Positions 38,809 through 49,900 of a DNA stretch of 64,000 bases are shown in pieces. A program made the translations under genes and the position numbers. Position 1 is the stretch's first letter; each line of letters begins with the position of its first letter. Under the pieces are notes generated by a model, which saw only the letters and a list, made by a program, of their open reading frames with translations, was not told where the DNA came from and made no database searches. This stretch comes from a virus: positions 1 through 64,000 of IMG/VR virus record IMGVR_UViG_3300028196_000006; one strand, written 5' to 3'.

Positions 38809-39616
38809 TTAAATATTGCTCAACTGTTTTATAATTTATTGTAACATTTTTATTTAATTCAGTTAAATCTGCACAGGTGTAAGACTGATATTGTCCTGTG
38901 AGTTGTTGAGGCATTGGTATTGTTTGTATTTTGGCATTGTATTTTTTAGCCACAGAATCTGCTACACTTTGAAATGATGTTGCTGTGCCTGTGCCAACAT
39001 TGTAAATACCGCTTACATCGTGTTGTAGCATTTGACAGTGTACGTTACACACATCATCCACACACACAAAATCTCTAAGATATTGATCACTATTTTCGAA
39101 TAATTTTATTATGCCACTTTCTTTTGCTTGTTTTGAAAATTTAGTTACTGGAGATGCTTGATCTCCTTTGTGTTCTTCATGATCTCCATACACATTAAAA
39201 TATCTAAATCCTTGAACTAATATTTTAAATTCTCCCATGGCTTGTTGAACAAATCTATCAAACAAATACTTGCTCCAAGCATAGGGTGATTGAGGATATA
39301 TTGGTCCGTTTTCTACAAAACTGTTTGTGTTACCATACACACTGGCAGAACTAGAATATTGAAAATTTACTCCCATTGTGTCACACATTTGTAATAATTT
39401 TAAACTGTATTCATAGTTTTGATCCATGATTAATTCTACATTTCTTTCTGTTGTAGAACTAATTGCTCCAAGGTGTATTACCCAATCATACATACTGGGA
39501 TCAGGAAAACTATTCATTGCATATTCAAATTTTGTTACTTCGTGGTTCATACTATCTAGATGTTTGCACAAATTTTTTCCTATAAATCCTTCAGCACCCG
39601 TTACACAAATTTTCAT
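38801..39616 (-). CDS. hldD: ADP-L-glycero-D-manno-heptose 6-epimerase
   Basis: VTGAEGFIG, HLGAISSTTE, YSSSASVYG, YAWSK, FRYFNVYG, RDFVCVDD, YQSYTCAD. Confidence 0.88.
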   Translation of the reverse strand: MKICVTGAEGFIGKNLCKHLDSMNHEVTKFEYAMNSFPDPSMYDWVIHLGAISSTTERNVELIMDQNYEYSLKLLQMCDTMGVNFQYSSSASVYGNTNSFVENGPIYPQSPYAWSKYLFDRFVQQAMGEFKILVQGFRYFNVYGDHEEHKGDQASPVTKFSKQAKESGIIKLFENSDQYLRDFVCVDDVCNVHCQMLQHDVSGIYNVGTGTATSFQSVADSVAKKYNAKIQTIPMPQQLTGQYQSYTCADLTELNKNVTINYKTVEQYLND

Positions 39617-40215
39617 ATCTTACACCATAGTTTATTAATTGATTCTGATCCTTGTGGCGAAATAGGTTTTAATAATTGATTATTCCAATCAGCAACGAAA
39701 TTAATATTAATATTAACTCTACATCTTTCATCAGAACAAGTACTTCCGGTGTGTTCCATGTGGCTGGGGAATATTACCATGGAGTTAGCAACACTTGGAA
39801 CTTTATCGCCATCTTTAAATTCTGTAAAACCATTGTTGGTGTTACAATAAAATATTGCTGTATAACTCAGTGGCACACTTACGTCACAGTGCATGCCGTG
39901 AGTCACAATTGTTTCTCTTCCAGGTATATTGTTTGCTTTTACTCTTAAAAAAGTGTGAGGTTGAAGCACAGCAAAAATAGGAAAACACATGTTCCATATT
40001 TCAGGACTTGTGGCTATGTTACTGTTTTCGTGAAATTTATGCACAAACTGTATTTGATATTTTTCTTCTGTATTGGATTGATGTGAATGTACAACATGGT
40101 TTTGATAAAACCAAGGAAATTTATCACTCATGATTATATCCGTTAACTGTTTAAAATGTTCATCACTTAAAACATTTTTTAATGTTATTTTGTTATTTTT
40201 TATCTGTTGTTCCAT
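39613..40215 (-). CDS. 2OG-Fe(II) oxygenase, phage type
   Basis: HxD (MHCD), TAIFY.NTNNG.T.F, distal HTG and RVNININF. Confidence 0.7.
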   Translation of the reverse strand: MEQQIKNNKITLKNVLSDEHFKQLTDIIMSDKFPWFYQNHVVHSHQSNTEEKYQIQFVHKFHENSNIATSPEIWNMCFPIFAVLQPHTFLRVKANNIPGRETIVTHGMHCDVSVPLSYTAIFYCNTNNGFTEFKDGDKVPSVANSMVIFPSHMEHTGSTCSDERCRVNININFVADWNNQLLKPISPQGSESINKLWCKI

Positions 40216-41452
40216 TAACTTTGTTTAATAAATTTGTTGTTGAAAAACCTTTGACAGTTGGAAAAATTTTCACATCTGCCATTTCATTACCTACAGTGGT
40301 TTCCACACTGTAATCTCCACCTTTAACTATAACATCAGGTGTATATTTTTTAATTGATTCTAGTGGTGTATCTTCATTGAACACAACAACCTGATCTACC
40401 CAAGGCAACTCCATTAATTGTTGTTGTCTTGCTGACATACTATTGTAAGGACGGTCATTGCCTTTTAGTCTTTTAACACTATCATCTGAATTAATACCTA
40501 CAATCAATTTGTCTCCTTGATTTTTGGCAAATTTTAATAATTCTAAATGTCCTTGATGTAAAATATCAAAAACTCCATTAGTCCAAACTATTGTGTCTTC
40601 TATATCACTAATCTTAACAACAGTGACGCCTCTGTGTTGTACAACACTACTTGCACCTTTTAAAGCAAGAGAACAAGCATCTGTCATACTATGTCCTTGT
40701 TCAACATATTTTACAATAATTGCTAACACTGTATCTCCTGCACCACTGACGTCTGCCAATTCAACAGCGTCACCAGTGATGTGTTTGTATTCATTATTGC
40801 CAACAACATGAATGCCGTTGCCTCCATCAGTTACAACCAACCAATTCCAATTGAATTGAGTTCTGTATTGATCAGCATTTTCAGGATTAAATTTTCCAAA
40901 CCATTGTTCATACTCTTTCATATTAGGCTTAACCAGATATGCATCTTTATAGCAGTCAGGATTTTGTTTGGGATCTACATAAACTCTTTTTACCAAATGA
41001 ACAATATCACTCACAAGGGTGTTAGTAATTACACCTTTGTTGTAATCACTCACTAAAACAACATCATCCTTTTGTAAATTTTTTAATAAATTTTGTTTGG
41101 GCTGAGATTCGGTGTATGGTTCTTCACGATCCAGTCTTAATAGGTGCTGTCCGTCTGGTCCAATCATACGTGTTTTCACAGTGCTGGTTACAGCATCATT
41201 ACTGATGTATGATGTGATATTGTTTTTAAGCAGTATTTCTTGTATTCTGTGACCTGGGGCATCGTTGCCCACCGAACTGTAAAGATGTGTGTCTACGCCG
41301 AGATTTGATAGGTTTAAAGCGAGATTTCCTGCTCCTCCTATGTTGTAATTTCGAGAGTTTTCTTTCAGTACAAGAGTGGATGCTTCTGGAGATACTTTGG
41401 TACAATCACCCTGTACCCAAACGTCCAACATTACATCTCCAATTATTTTCAT
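40193..41452 (-). CDS. hldE: Bifunctional heptose-7-phosphate kinase / heptose-1-phosphate nucleotidyltransferase
   Basis: IGDVMLD, SPEA, GGAGN, SDYNKG, VDPK, PNMKE, DVSGAGDT (PfkB); TNGVFDILHQGH, GINSDDSV, VKGGDY, GFSTT. Confidence 0.92.
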   Translation of the reverse strand: MKIIGDVMLDVWVQGDCTKVSPEASTLVLKENSRNYNIGGAGNLALNLSNLGVDTHLYSSVGNDAPGHRIQEILLKNNITSYISNDAVTSTVKTRMIGPDGQHLLRLDREEPYTESQPKQNLLKNLQKDDVVLVSDYNKGVITNTLVSDIVHLVKRVYVDPKQNPDCYKDAYLVKPNMKEYEQWFGKFNPENADQYRTQFNWNWLVVTDGGNGIHVVGNNEYKHITGDAVELADVSGAGDTVLAIIVKYVEQGHSMTDACSLALKGASSVVQHRGVTVVKISDIEDTIVWTNGVFDILHQGHLELLKFAKNQGDKLIVGINSDDSVKRLKGNDRPYNSMSARQQQLMELPWVDQVVVFNEDTPLESIKKYTPDVIVKGGDYSVETTVGNEMADVKIFPTVKGFSTTNLLNKVNGTTDKK

Positions 41453-41883
41453 TTGATCAATTTTAACATTTTAAACACAGTATCCAATTTAATTTGATTC
41501 GTTTTATTTTGGAATGTTTTACGTAATCCTTGGTGTAATGGCTTGGGCCAGTTACCAAAAGTTACCCATGCATATCCATCATGTTCTGTGTTTAATATTG
41601 GAATAAATTCTTTTTCTACCACACACAAATAAGTATGATACAAAAAATTTTCATCATTGCTGACGAATGTTTCCATTGGAATAGTTTTTTTAATTGATTG
41701 TTCGCCTATTTCTTCTTTAATTTCTCTTTGAAGACCGTCCCATAAATTTTTATCTGAAGTTGTAGTACCACCGACCAATCCCCAAACATTATTTTGTTTA
41801 CTTTGAGTTCTGTGTAGTAATAAAAATCTTTTTGTATCTAGTGTATAGAAGAGTGCTCCACACCCTACAATTTTACTGTTCAT
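41449..41883 (-). CDS. NUDIX hydrolase
   Basis: WGLVGG...LQREIKEEIG, EHDGYAW; start set at ATG 41883 behind promoter-like CATAATTA (41889-41896). Confidence 0.8.
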   Translation of the reverse strand: MNSKIVGCGALFYTLDTKRFLLLHRTQSKQNNVWGLVGGTTTSDKNLWDGLQREIKEEIGEQSIKKTIPMETFVSNDENFLYHTYLCVVEKEFIPILNTEHDGYAWVTFGNWPKPLHQGLRKTFQNKTNQIKLDTVFKMLKLIK

Positions 41884-41899
41884 ACAATTAATTATGTGA

Positions 41900-43327
41900 C
41901 TAAGAGATCTTCCAAGTGCCTTTACGATATTCACCTTCGAAAGACAACAACCATTCTGTACCATTCCATTTATACTGTACACCAGTGTTTAAATTGGTAA
42001 CAAATGATTCTGTGAAATTGGCAACGGTGCTAGGATTAGCACTGGCATCAAAAATGACTTGCCAATTTGTTCCGTTCCATTCCACAATGTCATTGGCTCC
42101 TGCAACTAAATCTATATTGCTGTCACCTTTCCATGCATCTGCTCCGTCTTCGTTGTTGGAATCGCCAATGCCTTTCAATAATAGTAATCTTTTACCATTT
42201 TGTTTCACACTGGATGGATCAAACGATGCAGGATCAACAATAAAATCTACTGAACCACTGGTCGTAACTGGTCCAACAATAACAGTGTCAGTTGGAATTG
42301 TGTCTTCATCCCAATCAATTAAAAGTTGGTGTGGATTTGCTTCATTCACTGCCACAGTACCAACCACTTGAGCATCAATACCTTGTCTATTTAAATAAAT
42401 TTTGCTCAATCCATTTTTATAGTTTGGTATGGTTAACACATTGCCTGTCCATACTTCTCCACCTATAACACCTTTAGTTATAATTTGAGCAACACTGTTC
42501 AACACATATATGTCAACATTGATACCTGTTGTGCCTTGCACAGAATCTGTATCTTTTCTTATTGCTCGTCCTTTATCATCTAACTTGATGCTGTTTTCAT
42601 ATCCATCTTGATATGCTTTTAATTCAGGCATTGTTTGACTTAGATCTATATTACCTGATTGTTCGTTAAAAATACTTGTAATAATATGAGTAATCACTCC
42701 TAATTTTTTTACTTTTGTTGGTGGTGATATGAATATTGGTGTCGTGAATCCCAGTGTGGCAACATCAACTTCTGATTCTGTACCTAATGGAATTGTTCTT
42801 GATGAAAAATTAATATTTGACAATTCGACAACACTTAAACTGGTCCAGTCAATATAGTTGTCTGTGGTTTGAATTTCAAGTGATGGATTAAACAACATCA
42901 TTATTTGTTCCATTATTTGTAACTTTTGTTCTGTGTTTGATGTCCAAATATCTGCATTCATTGTTAATGTGTAAGGCGTTGGCATCAATCTTTCAACAGT
43001 GACATTTTTGCCTTGTGTGTTTAGATATTCATTATTGTTGGCATCGTATGCTCTTTCTCTAACGTGTACTTTAGAAATAAAAGATGCATCTGCTAATCTG
43101 TTTCTATCCATTTCTAATCCAGTAACATATATTCCCATTCTTGGCACTGAAGGTAATTTGTTTTCTGAATTATCTCTTATGATATGTCCAACTTGTCTGC
43201 TGATATCTCCGTACATAACCGGTATAGTTTTTAATCCATCACTACCGTCTTTGTAAGAAAAATTACTCAGTAATCTAATAATTTGAGTAATGTATCTTCT
43301 AATCTGTCCGTCGTAAAAATGTTGCAT
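41900..43327 (-). CDS. Tail terminator / sheath stabiliser, T4 gp15-like, with C-terminal extension
   Basis: HFYDGQIRRY, IPVMYG, PRM, PTPYTL, QIMEQIMMLFNP; adjacent to neck genes. Confidence 0.7.
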   Translation of the reverse strand: MQHFYDGQIRRYITQIIRLLSNFSYKDGSDGLKTIPVMYGDISRQVGHIIRDNSENKLPSVPRMGIYVTGLEMDRNRLADASFISKVHVRERAYDANNNEYLNTQGKNVTVERLMPTPYTLTMNADIWTSNTEQKLQIMEQIMMLFNPSLEIQTTDNYIDWTSLSVVELSNINFSSRTIPLGTESEVDVATLGFTTPIFISPPTKVKKLGVITHIITSIFNEQSGNIDLSQTMPELKAYQDGYENSIKLDDKGRAIRKDTDSVQGTTGINVDIYVLNSVAQIITKGVIGGEVWTGNVLTIPNYKNGLSKIYLNRQGIDAQVVGTVAVNEANPHQLLIDWDEDTIPTDTVIVGPVTTSGSVDFIVDPASFDPSSVKQNGKRLLLLKGIGDSNNEDGADAWKGDSNIDLVAGANDIVEWNGTNWQVIFDASANPSTVANFTESFVTNLNTGVQYKWNGTEWLLSFEGEYRKGTWKIS

Positions 43328-44484
43328 TAACTATCCGCCTTTGGTTTCAGTGCTGTAGATAAACTTTGTCTTTCAGTTACTGATTCACCAGCAATTGTTG
43401 AAGTTTTAGTATTATTAACAAATGTTCCTTTTTGAGTACTTCTTGTGTCAGTGTTAGTTAGTGTCATACGCACATTGTCTTCCATTTTCACCCAACGTCC
43501 GCCATCGCTTCTAAATAATCTATTAGGTAAGAAATCTGTGCGTAAAAAATAATCTCCTTTGTCTGACTGTGCTGGAAAACTTATACCAAAGCCAAACTGT
43601 TCACCATTGGGTGCAATTCCATCTCCTAACAAATATCCATTGTAACCTTCTTTAGACGGAGTTTGGGTTACCCTGTCTGCTAAAGTATTTTGTGTTGATG
43701 TGTCCAATGTCGATGTATCAGTTGTGACTAATTCTGGTTTTCCTTGACTATCTACTTGTAAAGTATAAAAATGTGCTATGTCGTATCCTGACTTGGGTGC
43801 ATCTGCTTCTGCTTGTTGAATCACAGCATTATTAATTTGCATTTCTTGTTCATATGTAGACAGTACGTCTCTTAATGTTTGTCCTGTACCTGCTCCTGCA
43901 TCCTTGTCTAATATCTCTTTAAATTCTTGTGAGTCGTATATCTGTTTTAATTTAACTCTGTAAAGGTGTGGATACCAAGTTTGACTAAATCCTTCTGCCG
44001 CTCTACTAATATCTTCCACAACATAAAATCTTTTAAGTGCTACATTGAAATCATTCAGTGCATATTCGTCTTTCAGATGAGGTAATTCAAACACATCACC
44101 CGGCATAACTTTTCTGCCCAATGTTTTAACACTGCTGGTGATAGGAATTGTCATAAACAATGTGTCGTTTTGTAAGAACAATCCAAATTGACTCATGTCA
44201 AAGTCAATATCTTGCACATTGTATATGCCTCTTAAACTGTACACATCTGTGTCGTATTTTCTGTCTCTATTTTCTAGAAATAACATATCTTGTATGTTGG
44301 TTTCTTTCACAGCATTGTATCTTGGCTGGCTTGGAGTGGCATCTGCTTCGTCTGTATTCTTAGGTCCTAGGTATTTGTGTACAAAAACATCGGTACCGCC
44401 CACAGTGAACATTTCCACCACGGTGTTGTCTAAGAATGTGTAGTCATTTCCCTTTTCTGGTTTATAAAGACTTAATCTTGGCAT
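43327..44484 (-). CDS. Neck protein, T4 gp14-like
   Basis: SQFGLFL, PGDVFELPH; divergent from gp13-like and upstream of gp15-like; start MPRLSLYK. Confidence 0.65.
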   Translation of the reverse strand: MPRLSLYKPEKGNDYTFLDNTVVEMFTVGGTDVFVHKYLGPKNTDEADATPSQPRYNAVKETNIQDMLFLENRDRKYDTDVYSLRGIYNVQDIDFDMSQFGLFLQNDTLFMTIPITSSVKTLGRKVMPGDVFELPHLKDEYALNDFNVALKRFYVVEDISRAAEGFSQTWYPHLYRVKLKQIYDSQEFKEILDKDAGAGTGQTLRDVLSTYEQEMQINNAVIQQAEADAPKSGYDIAHFYTLQVDSQGKPELVTTDTSTLDTSTQNTLADRVTQTPSKEGYNGYLLGDGIAPNGEQFGFGISFPAQSDKGDYFLRTDFLPNRLFRSDGGRWVKMEDNVRMTLTNTDTRSTQKGTFVNNTKTSTIAGESVTERQSLSTALKPKADS

Positions 44485-44517
44485 ATACATATATTTATCG
44501 GACGATAAATATGTATA
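44484..44517. promoter_or_regulatory. Back-to-back divergent late promoters in a near-perfect inverted repeat
   Basis: tatacatatatttatcg-ga-cgataaatatgtata; TATTTATC at 44492-44499 (minus) and GATAAATA at 44504-44511 (plus). Confidence 0.7.
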
Positions 44518-44528
44518 AGGAAAACTGT

Positions 44529-45287
44529 ATGAGCGATTTAACAACACAGAAACAAGAAGTATATGACTATGTTTATACCAGCCTAGGTGGCGGTATGGTA
44601 GACGTAGAATTAGACCCTAATCACTACGAAACAGCCCTAACAGATGCATTAGATAGATTCCGTCAAAGATCGGACAACTCTGTGGAAGAAAGTTACATGT
44701 TTTTGCCTCTAGTACAGGATCAAAACGATTACACACTTCCAAATGAAGTGATAGAAGTAAGACAAATCTACAGAAGATCGATAGGCTCAAGATCAGGTGG
44801 AGGCGATGGTGGTACATTGTTCGAACCATTCAACCTAGCATACACAAACACTTATCTATTAGCAAGTTCCAACATGGGCGGTGTTGCAACTTATGATATG
44901 TTTGCTCAATACCAAGAATTAGTAGGAAGAATGTTTGGTTCTTTTATAGAATTTAAATGGAACACAACAACCAAAAAATTAACGATACTTCAAAGACCAA
45001 GACAAGGCGAAGAAGTGTTATTAGAGGCTTACAATTACAGACCAGATTCGGAATTGCTTAAAGATTATTTGGCAAAAAAATGGTTAAAAGATTACACACT
45101 TGCAAAATGTAAGTATATGCTGGGTGAAGCAAGAAGTAAATTTAACACAATAGCAGGTCCACAAGGCGGAACATCACTGAATGGTGATGCTTTAAAACAA
45201 GAAGCCATAGCAGAAATGGAAAGACTTGAAATAGAAGTTAAAACACAAACTAGCGGTGGTCAAGGATATTCATTCGCAATTGGTTAA
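44529..45287 (+). CDS. Neck protein / head-tail adaptor, T4 gp13-like
   Basis: LGGGMVDVEL, WLKDYTLAKCK..LG..RSKF, GG..LNGD.LKQEA; AAGGA SD. Confidence 0.75.
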   Translation: MSDLTTQKQEVYDYVYTSLGGGMVDVELDPNHYETALTDALDRFRQRSDNSVEESYMFLPLVQDQNDYTLPNEVIEVRQIYRRSIGSRSGGGDGGTLFEPFNLAYTNTYLLASSNMGGVATYDMFAQYQELVGRMFGSFIEFKWNTTTKKLTILQRPRQGEEVLLEAYNYRPDSELLKDYLAKKWLKDYTLAKCKYMLGEARSKFNTIAGPQGGTSLNGDALKQEAIAEMERLEIEVKTQTSGGQGYSFAIG

Positions 45288-45294
45288 GTCTTAG

Positions 45295-45323
45295 TTGACA
45301 ATTTACTAAACATATAGTAATAT
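45295..45323 (+). promoter_or_regulatory. Sigma70-type promoter
   Basis: TTGACA-17 nt-TAATAT, with the ATG 7 nt downstream. Confidence 0.65.
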
Positions 45324-45330
45324 ACACTAT

Positions 45331-45969
45331 ATGAAACATCATCTTACTCCTTTATTTTCGGTACCGTTATATCAAACAGTTTTGGATCCCTTAGATCCTA
45401 TTGAAGAATCATGGATTAAAAATTTAGAATTTCCTTCACAAAGTGTTGGGCTGTACAAAGCAGAAAACGAAGAACCAAAAAATGCAGGAATGCAAGTGTT
45501 GAATCAACCTCAATTAAAAAATCTTAGACAACAGATATTAAAAGTGATGAAACATTTTGTTAGCGATGTATTAGATATTGAACAAGATTTTGAACTGACA
45601 ACAAGTTGGGTAAACAAAAATGGAAAAGGTGATCATATTATTCAACATTCACACCCAAATGCAATGATCAGTGGAGTGTATTATGTTGAAAGTGATGACA
45701 CATCTGCTCCGATCATATTTAACAAGCCTTATTTTTACACAAATCTTTTTCACGACACAGTCAAACCAACTTTTAAAAATAAAAATAATAATCAATTCAA
45801 TTTAGACTATTACGGTTTAAAGCCTAAAAAAAATGATCTGTATATGTTTCCATCTTGGTTGGAACACACAGTGCCGCCGCAAGATGCAGACAAAGATAGA
45901 TTAAGTCTAGCATTTAATTTCTTTGTTAAAGGCAAGGTAGGAGTAGGAACAACACAATTACAATTATGA
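45331..45969 (+). CDS. Putative 2OG-Fe(II) oxygenase (TIGR02466-like)
   Basis: LFSVP, SWVN, HSHPNAMISGVYY, FPSWLEHTV, RLSLAFN. Confidence 0.8.
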   Translation: MKHHLTPLFSVPLYQTVLDPLDPIEESWIKNLEFPSQSVGLYKAENEEPKNAGMQVLNQPQLKNLRQQILKVMKHFVSDVLDIEQDFELTTSWVNKNGKGDHIIQHSHPNAMISGVYYVESDDTSAPIIFNKPYFYTNLFHDTVKPTFKNKNNNQFNLDYYGLKPKKNDLYMFPSWLEHTVPPQDADKDRLSLAFNFFVKGKVGVGTTQLQL

Positions 45970-46592
45970 TTATAGGAATATGCGGACTGATAGGTTCAGG
46001 CAAAGATACCATCGCTGATTTTTTAGTAAAAGAAAAGAACTTTCAAAAATTATCATTTGCTGACAAATTAAAAGACAGTGTGGCTGAAATGTTTGATTGG
46101 GATAGACAACTGTTGGACGGAAAAACAGATGAAAGTAGAGCATGGCGTGAAAAATCTGATGAATTTTGGAGCAAAGAAATGGGTAAAGATATTACTCCCA
46201 GACATGTGCTTCAAGTGTTTGGCACAGAATGTATGCGTGATGGGTTTTATAATGGTGTGTGGGTAAGTTTAGCAAAAAAGAAAGTTTTAGATAATCCAAA
46301 CATCAACTGGGTAATACCCGATGTGCGTTTTGAAAATGAAGCCACAATGATTAAAGAAATTAACGGAGAAGTATGGTGGGTAAAAAGAGGACAACTGCCA
46401 TTATGGTTTAAAATGTATCAGGACATTGGAAAAGAACCCAAAGATGTACATCCTTCTGAATGGGCATGGGCAAACACAAATTTTAATACAGAATTATCTA
46501 ATAATGGCACCATTGCTGAACTTAAAAATCAGGTACAAGATCGCCTTGTTGCCAACGGATTCCTTCAAGGTGCAACGATCTCTGGCAGTTAG
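45966..46592 (+). CDS. Deoxynucleoside monophosphate kinase, T4 gp1-like
   Basis: IIGICGLIGSGKDT, SFADKLK, TPRHVLQVFGTE, IPDVRFENE, HPSE. Confidence 0.9.
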   Translation: MIIGICGLIGSGKDTIADFLVKEKNFQKLSFADKLKDSVAEMFDWDRQLLDGKTDESRAWREKSDEFWSKEMGKDITPRHVLQVFGTECMRDGFYNGVWVSLAKKKVLDNPNINWVIPDVRFENEATMIKEINGEVWWVKRGQLPLWFKMYQDIGKEPKDVHPSEWAWANTNFNTELSNNGTIAELKNQVQDRLVANGFLQGATISGS

Positions 46593-46863
46593 CACACACT
46601 GTTTTTAAATTATTAAACTTACAATTATTAAGATTACTGTCCACATGAAACACGTTAAATTGTTGTTTATACTTGCTGGAGTGTCCACATTTATCACACT
46701 TTGTTTTAGTTCTATATCCAGCAATATACCATTTGGGTTGATAACCGCTGGGTCCTCCATGCTTCAAACACATCTCACATTGCTTTCTATAATAAGTCTT
46801 ATTGCCTTTTTTATAGTTCACAGCACAAGGTCTTTGGTTACATTTAGTGCATAATGGTCTCAT
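46522..46863 (-). CDS. Zn-finger / HNH-like protein
   Basis: Four CxxC pairs; HVDSNLNN...NL.TVCANC; late promoter GGTAAATA (minus, 46871-46878). Confidence 0.65.
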   Translation of the reverse strand: MRPLCTKCNQRPCAVNYKKGNKTYYRKQCEMCLKHGGPSGYQPKWYIAGYRTKTKCDKCGHSSKYKQQFNVFHVDSNLNNCKFNNLKTVCANCQRSLHLEGIRWQQGDLVPDF

Positions 46864-46984
46864 ACGAATGTATTTACCTGCCCTTTTTAACCCCTTTTTT
46901 AATAACACTTAATACGGCTTGATTTGACACATTGTCATAAATACTAGCAATATAAAGTTTTACACTTTAATAGGAGATAAAAAG

Positions 46985-49900
46985 ATGGCATTAGTTTCAC
47001 CAGGAGTACAAGTTAGTGTAATAGACGAAAGTTTCTACACACCAGCAGAACCGGGCACAGTCCCTATGATTTTCGTTGCTTCGGCAACAGACAAAACAAG
47101 CAGTTCCGGAACAGGAATAGCACAAGGTACAACAGCCGCTAACGCAGGCAAAGTGTACTTGATGACTTCTCAAAGAGAATTAGCAGAAACATTTGGTGAT
47201 CCAATATTTAAAACAGATGCCAATAATAATCCTATCAATGGTGGTGAAACAAACGAATACGGATTACAAGCGGCTTACAGTTATTTAGGTGTTGCCAACA
47301 GAGCATACGTTGTGAGAGCAGATGTTGATCTAGGTCAATTAGAAGCAACAGCAACAGCACCAGCGGCAAATCCAGAATCTGGAACTTATTGGTTTGACAC
47401 AGCAGTTTCAAAATTTGGAATATTTGAATGGAATAGTGCTTCAGCATCAACAACAGGTGGACAAACTTTTAGCAACAAAATTCCTCACGTAATTACAAGT
47501 GCAACACTTTTAAATGCAGGTGTTCCAAAAACTTCATTTGGACAAGCAGGTGATTATGCAATCGTGGCAACAACAGATGCCAACGAAATGTTTTACAAAA
47601 AATACGATGGTAGTTGGGTAGGCGTAGGTTCAACGGCTTGGGTTGCATCAAATCCAACTGTGTTAGGATCAACAGCAACAGCAGGTTACACAGGAACTAT
47701 TGGTTCAGGAACAACTTTCACAATCACTATTAACGGTGGTGCAACAACAATCACAACATCAGGTACAACAGCAACAGCAGTGGCTTCAGATATTTCAGGT
47801 GCAGGTGTTTCAGGTTTATCAGCAAGAGTAGTAGGCGGAATATTAGCAATCTATTATGATGGATCTAATGACCAAGACATTCAACTTGGATCAGGTACAT
47901 TAGACATAGCAATAGGTTTAGGTATTGCAACAGGAACATATTACGTTCCAAAACTAACAACTGCCCCACACACTTCTGTACCAGCATACAAAACTGGTGA
48001 CGCAGAATCAAGACCAACAGGTTCTTTATGGGTTAAAACAACAACACCTAACTCAGGTGCGAAATGGTCAGTTAAAAAATTCAACGGTACAACAAAGTTA
48101 TGGGAAGACATAACAGCACCAATTTATTCAGATGCCGAAACAGCTCTATACAATCTAGATAGAACAGGTGGTGGAGTAAATCTTGCTGTAGGCAATTTAT
48201 ACATTGACCATTACACTGGAACAAATGCTCTAGAGCAAACAATTTTTAGAAGAGAATCTACAGGTTCAACAAAAATCACAGGTACAGCAATCACATCAGG
48301 TATCACAGCAGGTAGCAAAACATTTACTATTGCTGAATCAATTGTAGGACAACTAGCATTGAACTCAGCAGTAACAGTTAGTGTAACTCCAACAGGAGCG
48401 GCAACTGATGCTGATTTAATAGCAGGTGCTATTAACGGTTCAGGATTCACAAACATTGTGGCAAGTGTTGATTCACAGAACAGAGTTTCAATCGAACACA
48501 ACGACGGTGGAGAATTTGACATTGTTGACACAAGCGGTACTTTGGGTGAAGCAGGTTTCACTGGTTACAACTATGTTACCAAGGCAGGTACAGCAAACTT
48601 GTACACAACAAGCACTGGATTCAGAGCAAGTAACTGGAAAATTTTATCATACACAGCAAGTGCCACAGCAGTTACAACAACTGCGGCAAATGGACAATTA
48701 TGGTACTCATCAATTGTTGATGAAGTAGACATAATGTATCACAACGGTACAGACTGGAAAGGTTACTCAGCAGTATCAAGTTCAGATCCAGCAGGTCCAC
48801 AAGTTAAATCAACTGCTCCAACTACACAATCAGATGGAACAGCACTTGTTGAAGGCGACTTATGGATTTCAACAGCAGACTTAGAAAATTATCCAACAAT
48901 TTACAAATGGAATGCAACTTCGTTAAAATGGATTCTAGTTGACAAAACAGATCAAACAACAGAAAATGGAATTCTATTTGCTGATGCTAGATACGGTACA
49001 ACAGGTGGTACGGCAACAGTTGCACCAACAGGTACTATTGTAGAATTATTAGCAAGTGACTTCTTAGACACTGATGCTCCAGATCCAGCACTATATCCAA
49101 AAGGTATGTTGTTATGGAACACAAGACGTTCAGGTTTCAATGTTAAGAAATTTACAAGAAATTATGTTGATGTTACAGCAAACAACACAAGAGGTTCAGA
49201 CAGCGGCAGTTCAATGGCGGCTTACTATCCACACAGATGGACAACTGAATCGGCTAACCAAGTAGATGGTTCAGGATCATTTGGTAGAATAGCACAGAAA
49301 AAAGTTGTTGTACAATCATTACAAGCAATGTTAAATTCTAATCAAGAAATCAGAGATGATGAGTCTAGATTGTTTAACATTATGGCAACACCAGGTTATC
49401 CAGAATTGATTGGCGAAATGATTTCGTTAAACAATGACAGAGGCTTGTCAGCATTTATAGTTGGTGACTCACCAATGAGATTAACACCAGATGCAACAAG
49501 TTTACAAAATTGGGCATCAAATGTTAACCTAGCAGTGGAAGACAATGATAACGGACTTGTAAGCACAGACGAATATCTTGGAGTATTTTATCCATCAGGA
49601 TTCACAAGTGATAACTTTGGAAACAATATAGTTGTTCCATCAAGTCACATGATGTTAAGAACTATTGCTTTAAGTGATCAAGTTTCTTTTCCATGGTTTG
49701 CTCCAGCAGGTACAAGACGTGGCGGAATCACAAACGCAAGTTCAACAGGTTACATTAGCAACGAAGGCGAATTTGTTTCAACAGCATTAAATGAAGGACA
49801 AAGAGATACATTGTATTCAAACAATGTTAACCCAATTACTTTCATAACAGGTGCTGGTTTAGTCAACTACGGACAAAAAACAAGATTTGCTGGAAGTTCT

